A stretch of DNA of 64,000 nucleotides from Candidatus Obscuribacterales bacterium. GTDB taxonomy: Bacteria > Cyanobacteriota > Vampirovibrionia > Obscuribacterales > Obscuribacteraceae. The notes beneath the pieces are model-generated. The model was not told the DNA's origin. It saw only the letters and a list, made by a program, of their open reading frames with translations, and made no database searches. Both the position numbers and the translations under genes were made by a program. The stretch lies in assembly GCA_949127735.1 (NCBI GenBank), contig CASBPX010000109.1:19627-83626 (forward strand), in the 5' to 3' direction. Of this stretch, positions 27,965-36,412 are shown piece after piece (the first letter of the stretch is position 1; each line of letters opens with the position of its first letter).

Positions 27965-28627
27965 TTATTTAGCGGGGTGAGGGCCGAAGTCTTCCCCTAG
28001 TTTATGCGGTTGCGTGGTGCGATTTAACTCTCGAGTAAGATCGCCTTGCAATGCTGATTCATTTTTGTTGCGGCGCATCTCAATTTCTAAAGAGCGCACG
28101 CTTCCAATTAGTTTTGCCAATTCTTCCGCGGCCGCCTTAATTTGAGATCGCATTTCTTCAGGCTCTTTCTCTACAGCATGCAGCAGTAAATCACGATGGA
28201 CGATTAGCTCGTCGCTAATGGAAGTAGGCAGTGGTGGCAGACTTAATGACACGCTGCCTTCCCCTTGAGGTGCATGCGGTTTTTTCGGCACAGCGGCATC
28301 GGGTGGTTGATCACCGCGCCTGCGCCGCAATTCCTCTTCTATTTCTTCAGCTGTGATTGAATTGACTTGCATTGGCCCTGCGCAAATTTCTCGCCACGGC
28401 GCACCAACCATTGCCTGGCGCACAATTACTTCGAAAACCTGGCGACGTACACCCTCTCCGTAGCCGCCGCCCACCGAGGCCGGAAGCCTTGCGCCGGCGC
28501 CCACCAACTTGTTGATTATGTCGCTGAAAGCTTTACCAATTCCGACAGTATTTCCTGTGGCCGCACTGCACGCAGGGCAGAATAGCCACGTAGATAACAA
28601 TTCGGCCTGGCATTTTTCGCAGTTCAT
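27965..28627 (-). CDS. Zinc-ribbon domain hypothetical protein
   Basis: N-terminal CEKCQAEL...CPACSA, and a coiled-coil C-terminus. Confidence 0.55.
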   Translation of the reverse strand: MNCEKCQAELLSTWLFCPACSAATGNTVGIGKAFSDIINKLVGAGARLPASVGGGYGEGVRRQVFEVIVRQAMVGAPWREICAGPMQVNSITAEEIEEELRRRRGDQPPDAAVPKKPHAPQGEGSVSLSLPPLPTSISDELIVHRDLLLHAVEKEPEEMRSQIKAAAEELAKLIGSVRSLEIEMRRNKNESALQGDLTRELNRTTQPHKLGEDFGPHPAK

Positions 28628-28695
28628 TTGTGTTACCTACTCCTGCAAGCTATTCATTTTCCATCTTAGCCTATCAAAGATTTAGCAGGCCAAAT

Positions 28696-29733
28696 TTAAC
28701 GATTACGCTCTCGGTTGGCTTTTTTGTGGATTGCTTTCCATTTTGCTTTCTCCGCCGCCGCTGCCTCACGATCGTGCTTTCGCGATTCATAAGCCGCCTC
28801 CTTCGATAGCTTGCGCCAGTTCTCATAAGTTGAATCTGCCACAGTTTCTTTGACAGCGCATCCAGGCTCGCTGCCATGCAAACAATCACGAAAGCGACAT
28901 CGGCCTGCCAGCTGAGTAATCTCGGCAAAGACTTCGCTGACCCCAGCTTCTGCGTCAGCCAGAGCCAATTCTCGCATACCCGGAGTATCAATAATGGCCG
29001 TGCCGTCAGTCAGATGCTGTAAAAATCTGCGGGTGGTTGTATGACGACCGCGGTCGTCTTGTGACCGAATCTTATTTATAGCCAGCGTTTCAGATGCCAG
29101 CAGACAGTTGATCAGGGTCGATTTGCCGACGCCGCTTGATCCAACAAAGGCGATTGTTTGATCTGCTCCACAAAATGGTGCAAGCAGTTCCATGCCGCTG
29201 CCATTTTGGGCCGAAAGCGCGAGCACAGGACCATGAGCGATGGTTCGAATTGCATCTATAAGAATGCTCGCGTCAGCCATCAGATCACATTTGGTTAAAA
29301 CCACCGCATATGGAATATTGCAACTAACTGCAGTAATGACATAACGTTCCAGCCGTCTGAGATTAAAATCTTTGTTGGCAGCCACAGTAATAAACAAAGT
29401 GTCGAGATTTGCAGCAATAGGCTGAGACTCACTACTGCCGTCAACAGCACGCCGCGCAAATAGATTTTTGCGGGGAAGTATGCGATCGATAATGGTGGCA
29501 CCATTACTATTTTTTACGGTGACAAAATCTCCCGCGATGGGAAAATCAGCAGCGACGTAGGCCCCATGCCGCATGGCACCACTTATTTCTGCACGCACGG
29601 GCTGACTCATGTTTTTTAAATCTGAATCTAAGTTTGCATCTGGCGCAACCAGATAAGAACCGCGATCTTGTGATACCACGCGAGCGCATGTGAACGGCGA
29701 CTCCACTAGAGCCGCAATATTTTTTGGCAACAT
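28696..29733 (-). CDS. rsgA: Ribosome small-subunit-dependent GTPase A
   Basis: Circularly permuted GTPase: LTKCDL (G4), VGSSGVGKSTLIN (G1), DTPG (G3). C-terminal Zn finger CRFRDCLHGSEPGCAV. Confidence 0.92.
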   Translation of the reverse strand: MLPKNIAALVESPFTCARVVSQDRGSYLVAPDANLDSDLKNMSQPVRAEISGAMRHGAYVAADFPIAGDFVTVKNSNGATIIDRILPRKNLFARRAVDGSSESQPIAANLDTLFITVAANKDFNLRRLERYVITAVSCNIPYAVVLTKCDLMADASILIDAIRTIAHGPVLALSAQNGSGMELLAPFCGADQTIAFVGSSGVGKSTLINCLLASETLAINKIRSQDDRGRHTTTRRFLQHLTDGTAIIDTPGMRELALADAEAGVSEVFAEITQLAGRCRFRDCLHGSEPGCAVKETVADSTYENWRKLSKEAAYESRKHDREAAAAEKAKWKAIHKKANRERNR

Positions 29734-29996
29734 TGAATTATTCCTTCAATACTAGAGTGATGCTAGCGAAGGATACGTGCGCTAATCAGGTGCTCAATAG
29801 ACTCTTAACGAGTTCGAGAGGCGCTACGGACAGCTGCATCGCATCCGAATTTCACAATTACAATTTCCATTTAGCGCCTCCTTTTTATAAATTTGCCCGC
29901 AACGCAGGTGTTGCCAATATAGCTTGCCGCGGCAAGTAGTGTCAAGGGCAAAATAAATTTGGTAATCGATTAGTTGTTGTCAGTTAATAGTGGCAG

Positions 29997-31625
29997 TTAA
30001 TGGTGATCATGGTCACAAGAATCACACGATTCGTCATCGTCGTGATGATCGAGCTCATACTCACTGTCGATGGCCTTTATGCGCGCAAGCACGGCGTCAG
30101 CATTGGCTTGCTCTTCCAGCGCTATATAGCATTCATAGGCTAGTTCGAGTGACTCTAATATTTCCCCATGTGTTGGTCCCAAAAAGCGCTCTTGAGTTTC
30201 TGCATTTTTGAGAAATAGTGGTAGCGCCTCGCTGTGGTGCTTTAGTTTAAACAAGACGAAGGCCAGATCGTTACGCATATCAACTAAGTCAAACAAAGTA
30301 AGGAAAGTTTGACCACCTTCAACGTGCTCTTCGGCTGATTGCAATGCTTTCTTATGATAGTCTGCGGCTTTTTCAAACTCGTGGAAAAACTCAAAAAGTG
30401 AGCCCAGCGAGTGAAGATGCAGAGCGTTTGTTGGTGAATTCGGCGCACTCTCAAATTTTGCAGCCCGTGCTTCAATGGTGTCCATTAAATCATCAGCTGG
30501 TCTTTTGGTCTCAATATACAAATCGAGTAGTTCGGAAATTGAGGCGTGAAACGGTAAGAAAGAATATTCAATGCGTTCGGCTTCTTTTAAAGCCGCTTTG
30601 AGCGCAGTTCTTGCTTCTTTGTGATTGCCTTGCTCAGAAAAGTGGTGTGCGCTTTCCAGTAAATCTTCCCAGCGCTGCCAGCGCTTTATGTCACCGTTGG
30701 CGGTGGCAATCGCTTGAAATTCACGATTGGAAAAATTATCTGGTTCCGCACCTACTTTTGCCAGCCACTCAATTGCGCCTGCTGTTGAGTGCCAGGCCTG
30801 TTCAGTATCTTCGATGTATCTTTCCAGGCCAAAGGCAGTCAAAAGATCTTTGAAAGAATCGTTTTCAGAGGCCACTAAGCGGTTTGCGATAAGCAAACTG
30901 CCTGAAGCAAATCCATGAGTCAGAGCACTGCGCGAAAGTAACGTATCACCCGTCAGGGCAAAGTGAACCAGGGCGTTAAGATAATGCCACTGGGCCTCGT
31001 TATTAGAGTTTGCCTGAAGAATATTTTGAGCGGAGTTATAGTCGCCCATTTGGATGAGAAAGCTGGTGGCGAGATCTCGCAGTATTTCTTGCTCCATGCT
31101 GTCGATTTCGTTCAATGGAGCGCTGAAGTGAGCCGTAAGCAACTCAACCGCTTCCTTTCTAAGGCCGGCATTCCATTTTAATTGCGCCAGGTCAGCCACG
31201 GCAAAAGTGTAGAGTTCTGGTGAGATTTCATATTGTTCGTTGGCGTCTTTGCTGTCGCTTTTAACTTTACTCTCGTCTTCATCTTCGCTCTCGACTTGGG
31301 CTAATAGTTCCTGTCTTAACGCCTCCATGGCTTTTTGCCCATGCTCCAGAGCTGCTTCAAGATTTTCAGTTTCGCGTGCCAGAACCATACTGGCGAGGCC
31401 ACACGATCCATTTGTTGCGGCCTTTAGGGCCTTTTGGGCTGCATCTATTCGGTCACTACTGCTTTCACCGCAAACCGCTTCATCGAGAAAGGCAGACAAT
31501 CTTTCTGCATCGCTGCGATTCTCGCCAATATCAAAATGCTCTACCAGGTCCAGGTGCACCCCGGGTCGCAAAGCCGCCCCAGTTTTGCTGCAGGGAGCTT
31601 CCTTAGAAGGCGTACTATTTTTCAT
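29997..31625 (-). CDS. Helical-repeat (TPR-like) hypothetical protein with His/Asp/Cys-rich C-terminal tail
   Basis: 542-aa all-helical repeat protein. Tail ELDHHDDDESCDSCDHDHH. Confidence 0.55.
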   Translation of the reverse strand: MKNSTPSKEAPCSKTGAALRPGVHLDLVEHFDIGENRSDAERLSAFLDEAVCGESSSDRIDAAQKALKAATNGSCGLASMVLARETENLEAALEHGQKAMEALRQELLAQVESEDEDESKVKSDSKDANEQYEISPELYTFAVADLAQLKWNAGLRKEAVELLTAHFSAPLNEIDSMEQEILRDLATSFLIQMGDYNSAQNILQANSNNEAQWHYLNALVHFALTGDTLLSRSALTHGFASGSLLIANRLVASENDSFKDLLTAFGLERYIEDTEQAWHSTAGAIEWLAKVGAEPDNFSNREFQAIATANGDIKRWQRWEDLLESAHHFSEQGNHKEARTALKAALKEAERIEYSFLPFHASISELLDLYIETKRPADDLMDTIEARAAKFESAPNSPTNALHLHSLGSLFEFFHEFEKAADYHKKALQSAEEHVEGGQTFLTLFDLVDMRNDLAFVLFKLKHHSEALPLFLKNAETQERFLGPTHGEILESLELAYECYIALEEQANADAVLARIKAIDSEYELDHHDDDESCDSCDHDHH

Positions 31626-31743
31626 AAAACCTCGACTGCCCGTGTAGGGGCCCGCGCCTGGCGGTAACCCGTGAGCAATCTTGGCTTTCTTGCCTCAAAT
31701 GATCAAGGTCAAAAGCAGTCTATTAGACACAAATTAACACAAA

Positions 31744-32766
31744 TTACTGAGCGGCTTTGAGCTCGTAGGTGCCGTTGCCTTTGAGCTGGTCTCTGGCTCC
31801 GGCTCCTTTCAACCAGGCCAGGGCAGTACTGTCTTTTTTCAGGTAGGCGTCGAGAAATTTAGTGGTAGCCACTTCAATAATTTCGTGATGTTTCTGGTCA
31901 ATGGCTTTCGGTGTTAGCCGCCTGCCGCCGTTAAATACCATGTGATCCGCACCGTCTAAAATGATCAGATACTGATCTGATTTACTAATATTGTCGTAGG
32001 CGATGCGGCGTTCACCAGCTGTGGTGTCATTGACTGGCGATGTATCTTTTGTACCAGTAAAATGTAATCCTGGAATTTTTATATCGCTATAAACAGCAGA
32101 TGGATTTTGATTTTTTCTTGGTGCAGTTGGGCTCAAATAAATGGCGGCCTTAATGCGAGAATCTGGACTGGATAAACTTCTGCCAGCTGGCGTGATCAAG
32201 TTTTGACCGCTGGCTGTCAGAGCTGTCCATGAGCCGTAAGAGTGCCCGGCAATAGCCAGAGCATTCATATTCATTTTGCCCGCCAAATCTTTATCGGTGG
32301 TGTTTAACTCGGTTAATTTGTCAATGACAAAGTGAACATCTTGAGCACGGTTGAGTGCATGCACCGGATTCGCCACAGTCTTTTTAAACTCGGGCATCAG
32401 TGTTTCTCGAGTAGTGACACCAGCAACAGCATTTGGTTTCCAGAACGATTCGTCACTACCGGGATGTTGAATGAAGACTGCCAGGTAGCCCTGCTCTGCC
32501 CAATAATTGCCCAGGTAAACAGCTGCCTCTCTTGAGCCACCCAGACCGTGTGAGAAAATCACTACAGGAAAAGGTGCGCCTTTAAACTGCGGCAGATAGA
32601 TTTTTACGGGCAGTGTTCTTAACCTTTTGGTATCGGACCAGTCTTGATGAATTGTCTGGACGGCGGTCACAGATGTGGCGGAGACCTTGGGGGGCAGCGC
32701 ACCTATTGTTGCGCCAGCAATTAGAGCGGCGCTTAAACCGATTAAAACTAGAGCTTTGTTTTTCAT
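31744..32766 (-). CDS. Secreted alpha/beta hydrolase (dienelactone hydrolase / PAF-acetylhydrolase-like)
   Basis: Signal peptide. VVIFSHGLGGS oxyanion region. Nucleophile elbow GHSYGS. C-terminal DH (GADHMVF). Confidence 0.75.
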   Translation of the reverse strand: MKNKALVLIGLSAALIAGATIGALPPKVSATSVTAVQTIHQDWSDTKRLRTLPVKIYLPQFKGAPFPVVIFSHGLGGSREAAVYLGNYWAEQGYLAVFIQHPGSDESFWKPNAVAGVTTRETLMPEFKKTVANPVHALNRAQDVHFVIDKLTELNTTDKDLAGKMNMNALAIAGHSYGSWTALTASGQNLITPAGRSLSSPDSRIKAAIYLSPTAPRKNQNPSAVYSDIKIPGLHFTGTKDTSPVNDTTAGERRIAYDNISKSDQYLIILDGADHMVFNGGRRLTPKAIDQKHHEIIEVATTKFLDAYLKKDSTALAWLKGAGARDQLKGNGTYELKAAQ

Positions 32767-32873
32767 GACCTGCTACTCGCTGATTTCTTTAGTTATGCCC
32801 GTTTAAAGTCTTGTACGCAGGTTAGGTGCGAAAGTTTCAAAAAATGCATAATTGCCATTTTGGGGGCATTTGC

Positions 32874-33818
32874 CTAACTATCTATAAATTCTAATGGTGC
32901 CATTACCAGCAACGCTCGGGGAGTTAACTTTACTGATATGGGAGTTTCTAATGTTAGTTCACCGTCGATATCAACCGGTTGTTGCTCGTCGGTGCTACAT
33001 TCTACTTTGCGCGCATTGATCATTTTTATATGACGGTCGGCAGGAAGTTTGCCTCGAATCAGTGAAAGCCAGAAGTGAACGATATCCCATTTGCTTTCGG
33101 TTTTTAATACGCAGACAATTAACCTGCGGTCGTCAAGCCGGGCATCGGCAGTAATGCGGCTAATGCCATAAAATGAGCCGTTGGCGATGATCACTTGTCT
33201 GGTGTGTAGTTTGTGAACCTCACCGTCACACGTGAGCGTGCAACCAAACGGTTGATTGTGAATAAACTCTTTCAGGCCAGAGAGAAAATATGCGAGCACA
33301 CCCAGATATTTCTTCAATCCGTCGGGTGTGTTATGAACTACTTGTGCATTAAATCCAAATGAAATTATATTGGCAAAATAGTCACCATCGGCGGTAGCTA
33401 GGTCTACGTCAGCCACCTTTCCATTGACGATGGTATCAATTGCACCCTGCAATGAGATTGGCACGCCAAGGGAACGGGCAAAACCGTTGCCTGTGCCGAG
33501 GGGCAAGACTCCTAAAACTACATCTTGGTATGCAAGTAGGTCGACCACGCTGCTCAAGGTACCATCGCCGCCGCCCACGATTATCAATTTACAGCCTGCA
33601 TCTTTCGCATGGGCGACCACTTCAGGCAGGCGGCCCGGATCTTTTATATCGTAACAGTGCTCAAGAGTTAAACCAGCCTCTTTTAATGCGACTTTAGCGT
33701 GTTTAAAGAGCTCTCTACCTCGACGGGAATTAGTATTAACTATCAGTCGTGCACTGCGTGTTTCTTTGATATATTGTTGCAGGCGAGTCTTTTTGTCGGG
33801 GCTCTGAAGGTTGTTCAT
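32874..33818 (-). CDS. Diacylglycerol-kinase-family lipid kinase (YegS/BmrU-like)
   Basis: LIIVGGGDGTLSSVV, GVLPLGTGNGFAR, and a C-terminal beta-sandwich region. Confidence 0.85.
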   Translation of the reverse strand: MNNLQSPDKKTRLQQYIKETRSARLIVNTNSRRGRELFKHAKVALKEAGLTLEHCYDIKDPGRLPEVVAHAKDAGCKLIIVGGGDGTLSSVVDLLAYQDVVLGVLPLGTGNGFARSLGVPISLQGAIDTIVNGKVADVDLATADGDYFANIISFGFNAQVVHNTPDGLKKYLGVLAYFLSGLKEFIHNQPFGCTLTCDGEVHKLHTRQVIIANGSFYGISRITADARLDDRRLIVCVLKTESKWDIVHFWLSLIRGKLPADRHIKMINARKVECSTDEQQPVDIDGELTLETPISVKLTPRALLVMAPLEFIDS

Positions 33819-33917
33819 TGATACCTGTTAATTTGGCATTGATGGCACGAATAATTGCAGGCAATGACGCAGTTTCTGCAAATTCGGTTCCAATGATTTG
33901 AAAAAGAGATAAAAGCT

Positions 33918-34421
33918 ATGGAAGATTTGATTTTGGCCCGCTTGAAAGGAATACGAAATTTTCATGCGGTCAATTCCTGGCTCTACCGTGGTGGTCAACC
34001 CACAGAGGCGCAGTTTACCGAAATTGTAGAGGCGGGCATTAAGACCGTGGTTTGCTTACGTTGGGGTCAGAAGGTTCGTGACGCGGAGCAAAAGGCGGTC
34101 GAGGCCACTGGCATGACATATATTGGCTTGCCGCATTATTATTGGCGATTGCCTACCACTGAAGAAATCGACGAATTTCTCAATCTTCTAGATACCGAAA
34201 GCGCTCGGCCAATTTTTGTTCACTGCTATCACGGTTCAGATCGCACTGGTTTGCTGATAGCCATGTATCGACTATCGAGGCAAAGCTGGACATTTAAGGA
34301 AGCCTACAAAGAGATGCGAAAGTATGGTTTTCACCGTTTCCGCCTTCAGCACTTTAAATGGGTTTTGTATGCCTACGCCAGAAAAGAAATGCGGCGCAAA
34401 CAATTACAAAATCAGCCTTAG
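33918..34421 (+). CDS. Cys-based protein tyrosine / dual-specificity phosphatase
   Basis: P-loop VHCYHGSDRTG (HCX5R-S/T), 167 aa. Divergent from the lipid kinase. Confidence 0.8.
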   Translation: MEDLILARLKGIRNFHAVNSWLYRGGQPTEAQFTEIVEAGIKTVVCLRWGQKVRDAEQKAVEATGMTYIGLPHYYWRLPTTEEIDEFLNLLDTESARPIFVHCYHGSDRTGLLIAMYRLSRQSWTFKEAYKEMRKYGFHRFRLQHFKWVLYAYARKEMRRKQLQNQP

Positions 34422-34616
34422 CTTTTGGCACCTATGGTAGTGCCCTTGATCTCGTTAATTAGACAGTTATGCGCAGCTGATTGCAGCAATTGCTCATTTG
34501 AAAGGAAGGCTGGCTGTCAAATAAAAGCTGTTATACCAGTGTCATTTTGGCAAAATATAACTGAATTACACCCCTCCCCATTCCCATTAAGTGGCATTGG
34601 CCGGAGGATATTAATC

Positions 34617-35311
34617 ATGAGAGATCAAATTGGACAAGGCGCTATTGAAGGCGGCGCTCACGCAGTCGGTCATGCAATTGCACATCTATCTAAAGACGCT
34701 TACAACCCCGCAAGTGAATTTAAGAAAGTAGATCAGAATCAAAGCAAGGCTCTGACTGTAGGTGAGATGAGCCGGGCAACAGATCAGGTCGTTAAAGAAC
34801 ATTTTGCTAAAAAAGTCGATGGTATAACAAATTACACCATGGGTCTTGACGGCAATAAAAGCGGAACGGTCTCGTATGACGAGTTTAAGAAACAGCCCTG
34901 GGGTGCCAATGTCGGCGCCAATATTGAAGAGCAAAAGAGGGCAGCCTTTAAAAAATTGATCACGATAATAACGGCATACTCACCACTGCTGAAGTAAAAA
35001 TTTATGGTCAAAAATCTGTTGAGCAAGATCTCAAAAGAGAAATAGCTGCTGCAGAACTTGTTGCCAGAGTGCGCTTCCATGCACTAGACACCGATAAAGA
35101 TCATCTTGTTTCAAGCGGCGAATTTTCAAAATCGAAAAGCTCTTTTCTGCCTGACTTTTCCATTACCCATCGTGGTGGTGTGCAAGAAGTGAAAGAAATT
35201 AAGGGTGGGGCCGCTACCCTGGGCGATGTGGGCGGTGCTGCAGCCGTGGCTGGTCTGATTAGAGGAGGAGCATTGATTGGCGCTGGCGCTAGAAAAGCCC
35301 TCAAACACTGA
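34617..35311 (+). pseudogene. Four-EF-hand calcium-binding protein split by a 1-nt frameshift at an A6 run
   Basis: GGAGG RBS and ATG at 34617. EF loops DQNQSKALTVGE and DGNKSGTVSYDE lie in frame 0. Loops DHDNNGILTTAE and DTDKDHLVSSGE lie in the -1 frame, which is open from 34952 through ORF 35069-35311. The frames join at aaaaaa (34950-34955). Confidence 0.7.
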
Positions 35312-35462
35312 GGTCTCAAACGGTAAAATCCAACAGCAACAGTTTCATGCGCAGCCAGGACGTTACTGGCTGCGTATTTTATACCAAGATTAAATTTCCC
35401 ATTTTGGGAATATGGTAGGTTTTGCATTTCCCGAAATGGGAAGAATTAGAGCAGGAGGATTT

Positions 35463-35753
35463 ATGCAGATAATCCACTGGGCACGCGCCAATCACTTTAT
35501 ACGTATACAAATCGACAAAAAAGCTGAAGAGGCCCTTCAACGTTGGCGCACAGCTGTACTTGCCGCTCAATGGAAAGACTTCGATGACTTGCTCGGTACA
35601 TTCGATTCTGCTCAATGCTTAAACGGGAAAATAATTTTCCTCCTTAAGGGATACCCAGTCAGACTGACCGCCGTCGCCGATTTTGGAAATGACAAACTGT
35701 ATATTCGCGAGGTCGTAGGTCGCTCACCAACAAGTTACTCAGATTATCAATAG
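35463..35753 (+). CDS. higB: Type II toxin HigB-family mRNA interferase
   Basis: AGGAGG RBS. About 96 aa with HigB_toxin-like layout (..A...W......A.W..F.DL...F.SA......I.F.L.G...RL.A...F....LYIR.V). Toxin-first order, followed by an HTH antitoxin. Confidence 0.7.
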   Translation: MQIIHWARANHFIRIQIDKKAEEALQRWRTAVLAAQWKDFDDLLGTFDSAQCLNGKIIFLLKGYPVRLTAVADFGNDKLYIREVVGRSPTSYSDYQ

Positions 35754-35764
35754 GAATAGCGAGA

Positions 35765-36193
35765 ATGGAAATGGTCATGGCTGACGAAAAGATGAACGAT
35801 AAAATTTACGACAAGCTTGTGAAGCGATTTCCATTGCGGCCCATTCGTGATGATGAACAAAACATGCAGGCAGCAGAAGTTTGCGACAGTCTCACTGATC
35901 GCCTCAATACTCTGAGCCAGAGTGAATCAGATTATCTGGAAGTCTTGAGCGATCTGATCGTCAAATATGAATTACGCTTTGATGAAGAGTTAACTGAGAT
36001 GACTCCGCGACAATTGATTCAATATTTTATTGATCAGGATGGACTGGCGCAAAAAGATCTGGTGCCTGAATTTGGTTCGGCCAGCCGAGTGTCAGAATTC
36101 CTCAAAGGAGATAGACGACTGAGCATGGAGCAAGCAAAACGCCTGTCTGACAGGTTTCGTGTGAATATTTCGGCATTGATTGATAGTTACTGA
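35765..36193 (+). CDS. higA: HigA-family antitoxin with C-terminal XRE HTH
   Basis: C-terminal HTH GLAQKDLVPEFGSASRVSEFLKGDRRLSMEQAKRLSDRF. Starts 12 nt after higB. Confidence 0.7.
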   Translation: MEMVMADEKMNDKIYDKLVKRFPLRPIRDDEQNMQAAEVCDSLTDRLNTLSQSESDYLEVLSDLIVKYELRFDEELTEMTPRQLIQYFIDQDGLAQKDLVPEFGSASRVSEFLKGDRRLSMEQAKRLSDRFRVNISALIDSY

Positions 36194-36412
36194 TACTCGG
36201 ATTACGTGTTTGAGAGTTACAAAAATCAAACTGCCCGGTAGATTTGTCTTATTAGTGTTTCTGGCACTAATATTGATTCCCGCGGCCACTGCTCAAAATG
36301 TTCAATATCTTTTGCACGGTGATGGCGGACGCCTTGACTGGAATGACCATACTCAGCTGTTAGTGCTAGATCGCACTACTCGTTCGATACCCTGGATTGC
36401 CTTGTTTCTGCA

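Noticed and set aside
29923-29936. 14-bp perfect palindrome CTTGCCGCGGCAAG downstream of the TPR-like gene
   Set aside because: As a hairpin the loop would be too tight, and no T-tract follows on either strand. It may be a restriction-type or protein site, but nothing further supports a function.
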